Notes: generated by a model from the letters alone, not told the origin. Positions 48,443-58,150 are shown, counted from the stretch's first letter. The stretch: 64,000 bases of DNA from a virus (IMGVR_UViG_2814123190_000001:1693-65692); one strand, 5' to 3'. Numbers and translations: made by a program.

Positions 48443-48465
48443 TTCATTAAGCTCTGCCGTTGTAG
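48443..48465 (+). promoter_or_regulatory. Candidate early vRNAP promoter A4 (variant loop)
   Basis: TTCATTAAGC-TCT-GC-CGTTGTA-G; +1 G48465. Confidence 0.55.
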
Positions 48466-48505
48466 CGTAGTAGTACGTCTATTTTCATTTATCAATTCCT
48501 AGGAG

Positions 48506-48997
48506 ATGCCTATGTTTAGCTTAAATACCTTACGTGGTTTATTGCAAAACACCACTAATGCTGCCCACCCAAGAGGATTCCTAATCACAGAGGAAACCAG
48601 ATTTCCAGCCATTTGGCTACATAAACTTGGATTCAAAGAAGAGTGGATTGACAATCTAAATCTTCAATGTGTAACGCATACCCTCTACTACATGGAAGTA
48701 GTTAAGGATGACCGTTACGCAGTGGGATTTTTCCTTATTGATAAGTTCGGAGAGGTAATAACGAGCAATTTTTATGAAGACGAGATCAAGAATATAGATC
48801 ATCTTCTTCTTAAATCCAATGAGGATTTAACCACAGACATCTTAATCACTGTGGATTGTGAGTTCCGAGAGGAGAGCTTAACAGACGATATCGGAAGCTT
48901 CAAGTACATCTGCCACTGCAGGGTAGGTCCTGTAGCCATGAGGTACACCCTAGATGAAGAGACGCTAACAGACACGATAGAGCTAGTTAGCAAATAG
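48506..48997 (+). CDS. Early hypothetical protein (acidic)
   Basis: AGGAG RBS (start probably ATG 48512); downstream of A4. Confidence 0.7.
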   Translation: MPMFSLNTLRGLLQNTTNAAHPRGFLITEETRFPAIWLHKLGFKEEWIDNLNLQCVTHTLYYMEVVKDDRYAVGFFLIDKFGEVITSNFYEDEIKNIDHLLLKSNEDLTTDILITVDCEFREESLTDDIGSFKYICHCRVGPVAMRYTLDEETLTDTIELVSK

Positions 48998-49158
48998 CTC
49001 TAGGAAGCTCTCAGAAGCCCTCTGACGGTTTTTAAGTAAAAATACCTAGCAATGTATAGGAAATTGCTTAAAAGCTCTCAGAGGGCTTTTTAATGGCTTT
49101 AAAAGACATTTACCTTTTTATCTTATTTTTATGACTAAAACAGTCTAAGGAGAATCAT

Positions 49159-49320
49159 ATGAAAAGTTTATTTATTTCTTTTATTTTAGGATTCATCGCT
49201 GCTCTAGTATTCTTCGTATTCCAAGCCTTAGTGGCTGACGCTATTGATAGAGAAGAAAGATTCTATCAAGAAAGACTAGAAATACATTTAAACAAAGCCC
49301 CTTCTTCTTATTCTCTGTAA
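49159..49320 (+). CDS. 53-aa early membrane-anchored protein (not in ORF track)
   Basis: AAGGAG RBS; MKSLFISFILGFIAALVFFVFQALVADAIDREERFYQERLEIHLNKAPSSYSL. Confidence 0.75.
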   Translation: MKSLFISFILGFIAALVFFVFQALVADAIDREERFYQERLEIHLNKAPSSYSL

Positions 49321-49330
49321 GGAGGAGTAA

Positions 49331-50239
49331 ATGCAGATATTTCAACAACAGTCCAATGAAGAAAGGTTTGGACGACATCACATAGAACAGAAGGTAAAAG
49401 AGGAATTATCTTCTAATTCTTGGTTTTTAGATAAAACCAAAGAAGTTAAAGACCTATTAAACCAATGGCTAGAAACAGAACATTGGGAATCCAAAGAGGT
49501 AAGAAAATCTCAATTAAAACTATTAGATTTAGATAAATTAATTGAGAGTATCTTTATCTTCTTGGCTTGTAGTTTACCCACTGAAACCAGTAAAGATACC
49601 TATGTATCTATTACTAGCCAATTAGCTAATAAATTAGGATTCTCTGACAAGAAAGATAGTATCCGAACCATAGCAGAAGTATTAGTACTCTTTGCTATAG
49701 CTAAGGTAATTAATATCGTTAGGGTATCTAACACTGGAAGTCTTTATGTCTCTTCTTATATTCCTCTTAGTAATAGAACTCAAAAGTTTATTGAGTACAG
49801 TCAGTATCTTCCTCCGATGGTAACTAAGCCATTGGAACTAGTACATAACAAATCTAGTGGATATCTAACAATTCCTAGTGAATCCCTTATCTTAGGTAAG
49901 GGTAATCATCATGATGGAGATATCTGTCTAGATGTACTCAACTTAATGAACTCTGTAGAACTCTGCCTTGACCGACAGTTCCTGTCGTCATGTGAGGAGG
50001 AGCCTACATTTGAGTTTGAAACCATAGAACAGAAAGAAGAATGGGATAAGTTTAAGAAACAGTCTTACTACTTCTATTCCTTATTAACTATACAATCTGA
50101 ATCCCTATACCTAACTCATAAAGTAGATAAAAGAGGAAGAATCTATGCAAATGGGTATCACATTAGTACCCAAGGAACTGCATTTAAGAAAGCCTCTTTA
50201 GAACTAGCAAATGGAGAGTTAGTTACTGGAGAGCTTTAA
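49331..50239 (+). CDS. RNA polymerase II subunit 1 (N4 gp15-like)
   Basis: YLPPMV..P, SLILG, THKVDKRGRIY..GYH...QG..F.KA (DxxGR motif). Confidence 0.9.
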   Translation: MQIFQQQSNEERFGRHHIEQKVKEELSSNSWFLDKTKEVKDLLNQWLETEHWESKEVRKSQLKLLDLDKLIESIFIFLACSLPTETSKDTYVSITSQLANKLGFSDKKDSIRTIAEVLVLFAIAKVINIVRVSNTGSLYVSSYIPLSNRTQKFIEYSQYLPPMVTKPLELVHNKSSGYLTIPSESLILGKGNHHDGDICLDVLNLMNSVELCLDRQFLSSCEEEPTFEFETIEQKEEWDKFKKQSYYFYSLLTIQSESLYLTHKVDKRGRIYANGYHISTQGTAFKKASLELANGELVTGEL

Positions 50240-50262
50240 ATAATCAATTCATTAATTCATTT

Positions 50263-50293
50263 AAAAGCCACTCTTAGGAGTGGTTTTTATTTT
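50263..50293 (+). terminator. Terminator between the RNAPII subunit genes
   Basis: AAAAGCCACTC-TTAG-GAGTGGTTTTT then ATTTT. Confidence 0.75.
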
Positions 50294-50318
50294 GGTTTAA
50301 ATATTCAGGAGAAAAGCT

Positions 50319-50687
50319 ATGAAACATTTACGAATCATTATCGCAGGTGGTAGAGACTTTAATGATACGTGGCTAATGAAGTCTTATATGAGTCTCGTAC
50401 TCATTGCTCTATCGGACATTACTAATAAATTTAGTTTTGTCTCTGGTGAGGCTAGAGGTGCCGATAAGATGGGTGCAGCCTATGCAAGACATTTAGGCGC
50501 ACATGTAGACCTATATCCTGCAGATTGGAATCGCTATGGTAAGTCTGCTGGATTTATTAGAAATTCAATCATGGCAGACAATGCCGAGGTTTTAGTAGCC
50601 TTCTGGGACGGTAAATCCAGAGGTACTGAACACATGATTAAAACCGCTAAAGCAAAAGGCTTAATGGTCTTTGTTTGTAATTATTAA
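50319..50687 (+). CDS. SLOG-family (YspA/DUF2493-like) protein
   Basis: IIIAGGRDF, VSG.ARGAD, W..YGKSAG.IRN..M, AFWDGKSRGT.HMI. Confidence 0.85.
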   Translation: MKHLRIIIAGGRDFNDTWLMKSYMSLVLIALSDITNKFSFVSGEARGADKMGAAYARHLGAHVDLYPADWNRYGKSAGFIRNSIMADNAEVLVAFWDGKSRGTEHMIKTAKAKGLMVFVCNY

Positions 50688-50711
50688 TTTAATTTTAATA
50701 GGTGATATCAC

Positions 50712-51980
50712 ATGGTTAAAGAATTTAATGGTATGCAGTATTTAGCAATTGATATTGCAAACCAGTATGGCTTAGATAAGCTCCTATTTGAGGAGCGAAT
50801 TAACTGGGTTAAAGAAAATCAACACAGCTTAGAAGAATTAGCTGATAAGGCTGAAACAAAGCCTTTATATATTAAGGCTGTACAAGCCTTTAGAAAGGCT
50901 CAACAAGGTATTCCTACAGGTCATCTTGTTGGTTTAGATGGTGTGTGTTCTGGTGTTCAAATCATGTCTGTTTTAACTAACTGCATGAGTGGGGCTGAAG
51001 CCACTGGATTAATTAATCCAAATAAGCGTGCAGACGCTTATACAGCGATTACAGACGCTATGAATACTATCCTAGCCAAAGATGAAAATATTGCCTCAGA
51101 AGAGCTTGTAGAGGTTTCTAGGAGCGATGCTAAGCAGGCTACTATGACAGCCTTCTACGGCTCTAAAGCTACCCCTAAAGCTATCTTTGGTGAAGATACG
51201 CCTGAATATAATGCATTTATTAAAGCCATGGAAGTAGTAGCTCCGGGAGCTTATGCATTATTACAGTCTTTACTTAAATCTTGGAATCCACAGGCACTAG
51301 TTCATGAGTGGAAATTACCTGATGGTTTTGATGCCAGAGTCAAAGTAATGACTAAGGTAAAAGCCTCAATTGAGGTTCAAGAACTAGGAGGAAGTACCTT
51401 TAATTATGAGTACTATGAGAATCTTCCCCAAGAGTATGGCTTAAGTAATGCAGCGAATGTAGTTCATTCTGTAGATGCCTACGTTTTAAGATGTATGCAC
51501 AGACGTTGTAATTACGATTCTGAGGTTATTTTACGAGCTAAAGCCTTACTAGAGGAGGAGCTTCAAAACCCTCTCAGAATCGCTGTAGAGCCTTCTAATG
51601 AGGATTCTAAAGTAGCTTATTACGTAAGGCAGTATCTACGCTGTAACTTAGCTGATATTGTCATTCTCCCCTATTTAAACCAAGAAGAAATGTATCTACT
51701 TCCAGATACCTTAATTACTGGTTTATTAGGAATCATCAATCAAATGCTTAAACATAAGTCATTTGAACTAGTTACTATTCATGATGAATTTAAGTGCCAT
51801 GCTAATAACGCAAATTTCATGCGTATGCACTATCGAAATATCTTAGCTGATATCGCTGAAAGTAACTTATTACAGGATTTACTAAGTCAGTTATTTCATA
51901 CTCCTATGGCTATTGATAAACCAGAGTATGAAGATAACTTTGCTGACTTAGTTAGAAATTCTAATTATGGTTTATGTTAA
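50712..51980 (+). CDS. RNA polymerase II subunit 2 (N4 gp16-like)
   Basis: Motif A LDGVCSG.Q, motif B RSDAKQATMTAFYG, ANVVHSVDAY, motif C IHDEF. Confidence 0.93.
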   Translation: MVKEFNGMQYLAIDIANQYGLDKLLFEERINWVKENQHSLEELADKAETKPLYIKAVQAFRKAQQGIPTGHLVGLDGVCSGVQIMSVLTNCMSGAEATGLINPNKRADAYTAITDAMNTILAKDENIASEELVEVSRSDAKQATMTAFYGSKATPKAIFGEDTPEYNAFIKAMEVVAPGAYALLQSLLKSWNPQALVHEWKLPDGFDARVKVMTKVKASIEVQELGGSTFNYEYYENLPQEYGLSNAANVVHSVDAYVLRCMHRRCNYDSEVILRAKALLEEELQNPLRIAVEPSNEDSKVAYYVRQYLRCNLADIVILPYLNQEEMYLLPDTLITGLLGIINQMLKHKSFELVTIHDEFKCHANNANFMRMHYRNILADIAESNLLQDLLSQLFHTPMAIDKPEYEDNFADLVRNSNYGLC

Positions 51981-52001
51981 TAAAATCAAGGAGTTACAGT
52001 T

Positions 52002-52499
52002 ATGACTATGGCGTATGATGGCGTATTGTTAGATACCAGACTTCAAGTATATTGCTCTTTTTCTTATCATCTTATTAAGGAGTGTAAAGAAGAAATCGAG
52101 GAGATAATCCAATCTTCTCTTTTTAGGGTCATTGTCTCTCATTCTTATAACTATGTATTAAATACTACTAGGGCTAGGTACAGTCTTACTCAGCTTATGC
52201 TCGCAATTAAAGATTTAGAGAGGAGATTCATTACTGTAAAGATGCCAGTAAGTATACATGCAAGACTGCACTTTGATTATCCAGAAATATTTGAATATCT
52301 GTCCTTATACCAAAGTATTTTTTACATCAATAAATCAGGAAAAGAAGTCCTCCGATATACCTCCCCAAATGAGACATTTATACCAAATGGTATTAGTCCT
52401 GAAATTCAGGAATTATACCGTATCCACTTTCAACAAGATAGCGGACTTGCTCAAGTAAATAGACGCAAGTTATTACTTGCTAAAGACCTAATTAAATAA
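52002..52499 (+). CDS. Hypothetical protein
   Basis: AAGGAG RBS, 165 aa. Confidence 0.65.
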   Translation: MTMAYDGVLLDTRLQVYCSFSYHLIKECKEEIEEIIQSSLFRVIVSHSYNYVLNTTRARYSLTQLMLAIKDLERRFITVKMPVSIHARLHFDYPEIFEYLSLYQSIFYINKSGKEVLRYTSPNETFIPNGISPEIQELYRIHFQQDSGLAQVNRRKLLLAKDLIK

Positions 52500-52508
52500 G
52501 GAGATTCT

Positions 52509-53087
52509 ATGGGTATAGATATTAAATCAAGCCTGGTATTTGAGCTGAGATTACCAGATTCTCTCCCCACTGAAACAATTGATATTGTTAAAGGAGTACT
52601 GGATTCCTTGGATATTCAATACGTCCCAATGACTAAATTTAGTCCTCACATTATGGAGCTAACCCTTGATCCTTTAGCGGCTCACGAGAACGCTGTTACG
52701 CATTTAGGTATTCTTACACTAGAGGAATTAGGGGCAACACTTCAAGACCTTTTTATCCCCTATTATATAGAAGGAAGAATAACTACTGTTATTGCACTAC
52801 CAAGGAACAGTCCTTTCTTTATGATGGTGTATGCCATCTTACCTAATCAAAAGCAGTACACTCAGTACTTATTTACTTCAGGAACTGCAGACCTTTTCTA
52901 TCTCTCAGATGCTCTATATAAAGCAGCAAGAGAAGAATTCTACGGTATCAGGGGCGCAGTTAGAGGCTTGTTCGATGATAGGAAGATGTCCTTTCAGCAG
53001 TATAAGGCAGCTAATATAATCAAGTCAAAAGCACTCTTAGGAGAGGAGTCTGATACTGTATATGAATTATCTATCGATAATCTCTAG
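52509..53087 (+). CDS. Hypothetical protein
   Basis: AAGGAG RBS, 192 aa. Confidence 0.65.
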   Translation: MGIDIKSSLVFELRLPDSLPTETIDIVKGVLDSLDIQYVPMTKFSPHIMELTLDPLAAHENAVTHLGILTLEELGATLQDLFIPYYIEGRITTVIALPRNSPFFMMVYAILPNQKQYTQYLFTSGTADLFYLSDALYKAAREEFYGIRGAVRGLFDDRKMSFQQYKAANIIKSKALLGEESDTVYELSIDNL

Positions 53088-53106
53088 CACGTCTCCGCCG
53101 TGTCTG
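53088..53106 (+). promoter_or_regulatory. Candidate N4-type vRNAP hairpin promoter (class B)
   Basis: CACGTC-TCC-GCCGTG (one mismatch); template loop GGA; TCT then +1 G53106. Confidence 0.5.
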
Positions 53107-53145
53107 TGGGTTAGTTAGCCCAGTCTTAATTTATTAAATCCGAAT

Positions 53146-53201
53146 ACCAGCTATTGTTACTTATTATTTATTAATAGGTAACTTTAGCTGGTTTTTTTTT
53201 T
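53146..53201 (+). terminator. Terminator
   Basis: ACCAGCTA..GTTAC/GTAAC..TAGCTGGT then T-run. Confidence 0.75.
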
Positions 53202-53289
53202 AACCCAAATCTATCAAAACCGATATACGAAATTCATTATTTTTTGAATTTTGGCGATATAGGACCGATAGACTAACTATGTAAATTCC

Positions 53290-53688
53290 ATGACTAAAAA
53301 GACTAAAAAAATCTTAAGCCAAGAAGAAAAAGACCAAATGATTGACCTCTTAAGAGCGGATTCTATTAGCGTTGAGGAAGCGGGTAAACAGTTTGATGTT
53401 ACGTATCGAACCGCTTACAAACACCTAATTAAACATTTAGCTTCTTTCTATGGTTTTAACACCTATGTGAGATGTATGCCCGAGACTACCTATGCCTACG
53501 CTCGTAATGAGTTTGAAACCGTTCAGGCTTTATTAGACGAAGCCAAAGATAAAGGTATACACGAAGGCGTAGAACTTACTAAGCGTGAGTTTCGTTCTAA
53601 TGCAGACCTAGTACGAGCACTAAAGAAAGTTTCTTTTTTCAAAGCACTAAAACTGGTTTGGCGTTCTAGAAAAAACAGAGACTATTAA
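53290..53688 (+). CDS. Putative HTH DNA-binding protein
   Basis: LSQEEK..M..L....SVEEAGKQFDVTYRTAYK helix-turn-helix pattern. Confidence 0.6.
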   Translation: MTKKTKKILSQEEKDQMIDLLRADSISVEEAGKQFDVTYRTAYKHLIKHLASFYGFNTYVRCMPETTYAYARNEFETVQALLDEAKDKGIHEGVELTKREFRSNADLVRALKKVSFFKALKLVWRSRKNRDY

Positions 53689-53724
53689 AAATAATAAAAC
53701 CAATAACAATAAGAAGGACAGTCA

Positions 53725-53910
53725 ATGCCTCACAACGTCTTTAAGGAGTTTTTGCTGAATAGGCAAGAACTCCCTATCTACCCTTCCCCAGATAGTCTAG
53801 AAAGTGCTGTAGATGCTTTCTATGAGCATTTTCCTAACCACATTAATACCATCATTCCATTATTAGCTACTTTCTTTAATGGTGTGATTAAGGAGATTAA
53901 ATATGAGTAA
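53725..53910 (+). CDS. Hypothetical protein
   Basis: AAGGA RBS; overlaps next start. Confidence 0.6.
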   Translation: MPHNVFKEFLLNRQELPIYPSPDSLESAVDAFYEHFPNHINTIIPLLATFFNGVIKEIKYE

Positions 53911-54985
53911 AAATCTTATTAGAAACATCACAGTAAATACAGACCAAGCTTCTCAATTAATTGAAACTGCTATTTCAGCCAAAATCGTACCACTTCTTAA
54001 AGGAAGTCCTGGTATTGGTAAATCAGCCATCATTCATCAAATTGCTAAGAATCATAATCTAAAAGTAATTGATGTACGACTAAGCCAAGCAGACCCTACT
54101 GATTTACTTGGCTTTCCTCAAATTAATAAAGATGGTACTAAAGCAGGTTATGTACCTATGGAGACCTTCCCTTTAGAAGGTGATCCAATTCCTGATGGGT
54201 ACTCAGGCTGGTTACTCTTCTTTGATGAGCTAACGAGTGCAGTACCTGCGATTCAAGCATCTGCCTACAAAATCATTTTAGATAGACAAGTAGGTATTCA
54301 TAACCTACACCCTTATGTAGCCATTGTCGCTGCTGGTAATTTAGAAACAGACAATGCCATTGTCGAAACCATGTCTACTGCTCTACAGTCTCGAATGATT
54401 CATTTTGAACTTAGGGTAGACAACAAGCAGTGGTTTGACTGGGCTGAGAAGAATCATATTGATTCTCGTATTCTGGCTTACTTATCTTATAAACCAGAAA
54501 TGCTATATAAGTTTGACCCAGACCACACAGACCAGACTTTCCCTTGTCCCCGTACATGGGAATTTACTAACCGTATGTTAGGTAAGTTAAACACCCTAGA
54601 TGAAAGTCTCTTATTACCTGCACTAGCAGGAACGATTGGACAAGGTACTGCTAGGGAATTTGTTGGTTTTACTAAGATTTACCAAAGCCTTCCTAAGTTA
54701 GAAACCATTCTAGCTAACCCAGACACAACACCAATTCCAGATGAGATTTCTAGTAAGTTTGCGCTTTCTGGAAGTATTGCTGATTTGGCTACTAAAGACA
54801 ATATTGATAAGTTATTTACTTATCTCCTTCGCTTACCTAGTGAGTTCCAAGTACTTGCTTTCCGTATTATTTACCGTAGAGATTCTAGCATTATCCCAGA
54901 CAAATACTTAATTGAATGGGCAGATACTCTACGTGATTTATCTGCTCCGTGTGAGTTAGATAAGGGAGCTAAGAAAGCAGCTTAG
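53903..54985 (+). CDS. MoxR-like AAA+ ATPase (N4 gp24-like)
   Basis: GSPGIGKS, DVRLSQ.DP.DL.GFP, LFFDE, AAGN, AL.SR, CPRTW. Confidence 0.9.
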   Translation: MSKNLIRNITVNTDQASQLIETAISAKIVPLLKGSPGIGKSAIIHQIAKNHNLKVIDVRLSQADPTDLLGFPQINKDGTKAGYVPMETFPLEGDPIPDGYSGWLLFFDELTSAVPAIQASAYKIILDRQVGIHNLHPYVAIVAAGNLETDNAIVETMSTALQSRMIHFELRVDNKQWFDWAEKNHIDSRILAYLSYKPEMLYKFDPDHTDQTFPCPRTWEFTNRMLGKLNTLDESLLLPALAGTIGQGTAREFVGFTKIYQSLPKLETILANPDTTPIPDEISSKFALSGSIADLATKDNIDKLFTYLLRLPSEFQVLAFRIIYRRDSSIIPDKYLIEWADTLRDLSAPCELDKGAKKAA

Positions 54986-55011
54986 CTTCTCACTTCTTTA
55001 AGGAGACTGCT

Positions 55012-55194
55012 ATGAAACCAGAATCTAAATATCTAACAGATAGTCATTATTGGATTAACCCAAATAATCTACTGTTCTCTCCATATTCTTCTCCTCCTAT
55101 TAATCAACTCTTAGAGGAATTAGGGATTTCTCAAGAAGAATTTAATAAAGAGCTAAACCAAGAAATTAGTAATAAAGGAGAAAATAATGAGTAA
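55012..55194 (+). CDS. Hypothetical protein
   Basis: AAGGAG RBS, 60 aa. Confidence 0.55.
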   Translation: MKPESKYLTDSHYWINPNNLLFSPYSSPPINQLLEELGISQEEFNKELNQEISNKGENNE

Positions 55195-56488
55195 ATCCAT
55201 AACAGTCTCTACAGGGAAATTACTCCCCTCTAAAGAAATCCCTGAGGATATCCTATCTCAAGCCACTAGAGCTATGGAGAGAGCTAAGTACCAACTATTT
55301 AGTAAATATAGTAATGAGGTATTTTTTACCTCTGTAATGTTTAGTCTCTACCATAAATTTACTTATGAAGTTCCTACTGCGGCAACTGACGGTAAATATA
55401 TCCTTTATAACCCAGAGTTCTTTTTATCTTGTAATGCAGAAGAACGTGTATTTATTATGCTTCATGAGACGTGCCATGTAGCATATATGCATATTATTCG
55501 TAAGCATGATAAAGACCATTTATTGTGGAACGCTGCTTGTGATTATGTAATCAACGGTATGCTTAGTACTGCTGGTTTTAGCGTACCTGCAGGAGCATTA
55601 CTAGAAAGGGATTATTTTGGTTTATCTGCTGATGAAGTCTATAAATTATTAGAAGAAAAAAGAGACAAACAACAAGCAGATGGAAAATCTACCTTCATAG
55701 GAATCGATGGTGAGACCACTGACGGTACTTCTCCTGACTTTGATGACTTAATGCCAGCAGGTAGTTATGAGAAGGCTAAGAAAGGCTCAGGAGGTTCTGA
55801 AGGTATTGATATTCCTCAACCCACTCAGGAAGAATTAGATGAGATTTCTGAATACATTAATGAGGTCCTAGTAAGAGCAGTTACCCAAGCAAACATGGAA
55901 GGGAAAGGAATTGGAAATATTCCCGGAGAATTTGCTAGGTATGTAGATAAATTACTAAATCCTAAACTTCCTTGGAATCAAATCTTAAGAAGATATTTAT
56001 CTAAATTTACTAAAGATGACTACTCATTCCGTAAATTGAATAGACGCTTTCTTCCTAAATATTACCTCCCCTCTTTAAGTAAAGAATCAATAGGAGACAT
56101 TGCAGTTGCTATTGATGTCTCTGGTTCAGTTGATGATAAGCAGTTTCATCATTTTGTATCTGAAGCCGCTTCCATTATTAAGTTAGCTAAACCAGAGAAT
56201 TTACACCTTATTTCCTTTGACCATGAAATCCAACAAAACGAGGAACTTAAAAACCTGAAGGATTTTAAAAAAGTGAAATTCACGGGTGGTGGGGGTACAT
56301 GCATTAAGCCAGTGATTAAGTGGGCTAATAAGAATAAACCAAAGGTTCTTATTTTCTTTACTGATGGAGAATTCCATATGCCTGAGAAACCAGTTAATCC
56401 AGATACTCAAGTTATTTGGCTTATTAATGATAATCCTAACTTTACCGCACCTTATGGAAAGGTAATTACTTACGAATATGGAGAATAA
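55187..56488 (+). CDS. DUF2201-like metallopeptidase plus vWA domain protein (N4 gp25-like)
   Basis: TAATDG, HETCH, WN.ACD..IN; MIDAS DVSGS, GGGT, FFTDG. Confidence 0.9.
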   Translation: MSKSITVSTGKLLPSKEIPEDILSQATRAMERAKYQLFSKYSNEVFFTSVMFSLYHKFTYEVPTAATDGKYILYNPEFFLSCNAEERVFIMLHETCHVAYMHIIRKHDKDHLLWNAACDYVINGMLSTAGFSVPAGALLERDYFGLSADEVYKLLEEKRDKQQADGKSTFIGIDGETTDGTSPDFDDLMPAGSYEKAKKGSGGSEGIDIPQPTQEELDEISEYINEVLVRAVTQANMEGKGIGNIPGEFARYVDKLLNPKLPWNQILRRYLSKFTKDDYSFRKLNRRFLPKYYLPSLSKESIGDIAVAIDVSGSVDDKQFHHFVSEAASIIKLAKPENLHLISFDHEIQQNEELKNLKDFKKVKFTGGGGTCIKPVIKWANKNKPKVLIFFTDGEFHMPEKPVNPDTQVIWLINDNPNFTAPYGKVITYEYGE

Positions 56489-56490
56489 AT

Positions 56491-56868
56491 ATGACAGTTA
56501 CCGCTGAAGCTAAGAACACTTTCGTACCTAATGATAGAGACATTCAAATTAAAGCTGCATTAGATACAGTACTGAAGTCTGAGAATGAAAATAGTCCCAC
56601 CTACTTGGTGGTTTCTATTATGTTTAATAAATTCATTCTTCCTTTTGATGTTGGTATTAAAGTATTTTCTGCATTTGAGGGCGCAGAGCTTTTACTGACT
56701 CCTTATAAGGAAGTTCCTACTATTAACAACGCACAGAATGAGCGAAGTGTTTATGCATACCCCCTTACTCACACTGAGTATCTAAAAATTAAAACTGCTC
56801 AATTATTGGGCATTACTGATATAGAGGAATACCATGAATTCACCAAAGACTTTAAAAACCTCCTCTAA
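56491..56868 (+). CDS. Hypothetical protein
   Basis: GGAG RBS, 125 aa. Confidence 0.65.
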   Translation: MTVTAEAKNTFVPNDRDIQIKAALDTVLKSENENSPTYLVVSIMFNKFILPFDVGIKVFSAFEGAELLLTPYKEVPTINNAQNERSVYAYPLTHTEYLKIKTAQLLGITDIEEYHEFTKDFKNLL

Positions 56869-58150
56869 TTCAGGGAGTATTACGCTTACAGAAGATCAGA
56901 CAAAGGTATTAAATTCTATCTATGAATTCCTTCTGTCTGATGAGCCTATGATGGTTTTAACAGGCTATGCAGGTACGGGTAAGAGTACCCTTGTTAAAAC
57001 CCTCCTAGAGGACTTAGAGAGCTTTAAAAACTCTATTGATATCATCACAGGGAATAATAAGATTCCCTCCACAGTAACGCTTACAGCCACTACACACAAG
57101 GCTGTAAATAACCTATCTCAAATTACTGGTAGAAAAGTTAAAACAATCCATAAGGTATTAGACCTTAGGGTTCAATCAGACTATCGGACAAACCAATCTA
57201 AACTAATTGGTGGACCTGATTACGATACCTTATCAGACACCTTTTTAATTGTAGATGAGGCGTCTTATATTGATAGCTTCCTACTATCCCAGTTAGTAAA
57301 GATTACCTTATCAGGTAGATGCGAAAATCTTAAGGTTTTATTAATTGGAGACCCTGCTCAATTAACACCAATTAAGACTTCAGTTGCTCCTGCCTTTAAT
57401 TGTAATATCCCTACCGTATCACTAACTAAAGTCATTCGACAAGCAGAGGGAAATCCAATTATTGAATTAGCTACCCTCTTTAGAGAGGCAGTTATTACAG
57501 GAGAATTCTTTTCTTTTAAACCAGATAATGTACATGTTAAGCATGTAGATAGAAAAGAATTTAATAGGCTAATTGAAGTTGAATTTAATCGTCCTAATTG
57601 GCATTACGATGATTCTAGGATTCTGGCTTGGACTAATAAGACAGTACAATCTTTTAATAAATACGTAGAAGAATTACGTACTGGTTCTTCAGAAATCTCT
57701 GCAGGAGATTATGTTATCAACAATGAATTTAAAGTCATTAACGATAAACATTATTTATCAACTGAAGAGATGTTAAAAGTCTTAGAAGTATTACCAACCT
57801 CTAAGCACGGAATCCAAGGAAATAAATACAAAGTATCTAATGGTATTGATACCGTAACTGTGTTTATGCCTAATGATTTTAATGAGGCTAATCGTTTATA
57901 CTTAAAGTATCGTAAGAGTAAAGATATTCGAGAAAACACAATTGCTTGGACTATCTTTAATACGTGGGTTGATTTAAGACAGCCTTATGCATCTACTGTT
58001 CATAAATCGCAAGGAAGTACTTACCGCACTGTCTTTATTGATTTAGACGATATTAAGAAATGCCGCAATGGAAACCAGTTAGCTAGAATGCTATACGTAG
58101 CTGTTTCTAGGGCATCTCAATATGTCGTTATTACAGGAGATACCGCATGA
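56834..58150 (+). CDS. SF1B Dda/RecD-like DNA helicase
   Basis: GYAGTGKS, IVDEAS, GDPAQL, RQA, YASTVHKSQGST, YVAVSRA. Confidence 0.93.
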   Translation: MNSPKTLKTSSNSGSITLTEDQTKVLNSIYEFLLSDEPMMVLTGYAGTGKSTLVKTLLEDLESFKNSIDIITGNNKIPSTVTLTATTHKAVNNLSQITGRKVKTIHKVLDLRVQSDYRTNQSKLIGGPDYDTLSDTFLIVDEASYIDSFLLSQLVKITLSGRCENLKVLLIGDPAQLTPIKTSVAPAFNCNIPTVSLTKVIRQAEGNPIIELATLFREAVITGEFFSFKPDNVHVKHVDRKEFNRLIEVEFNRPNWHYDDSRILAWTNKTVQSFNKYVEELRTGSSEISAGDYVINNEFKVINDKHYLSTEEMLKVLEVLPTSKHGIQGNKYKVSNGIDTVTVFMPNDFNEANRLYLKYRKSKDIRENTIAWTIFNTWVDLRQPYASTVHKSQGSTYRTVFIDLDDIKKCRNGNQLARMLYVAVSRASQYVVITGDTA

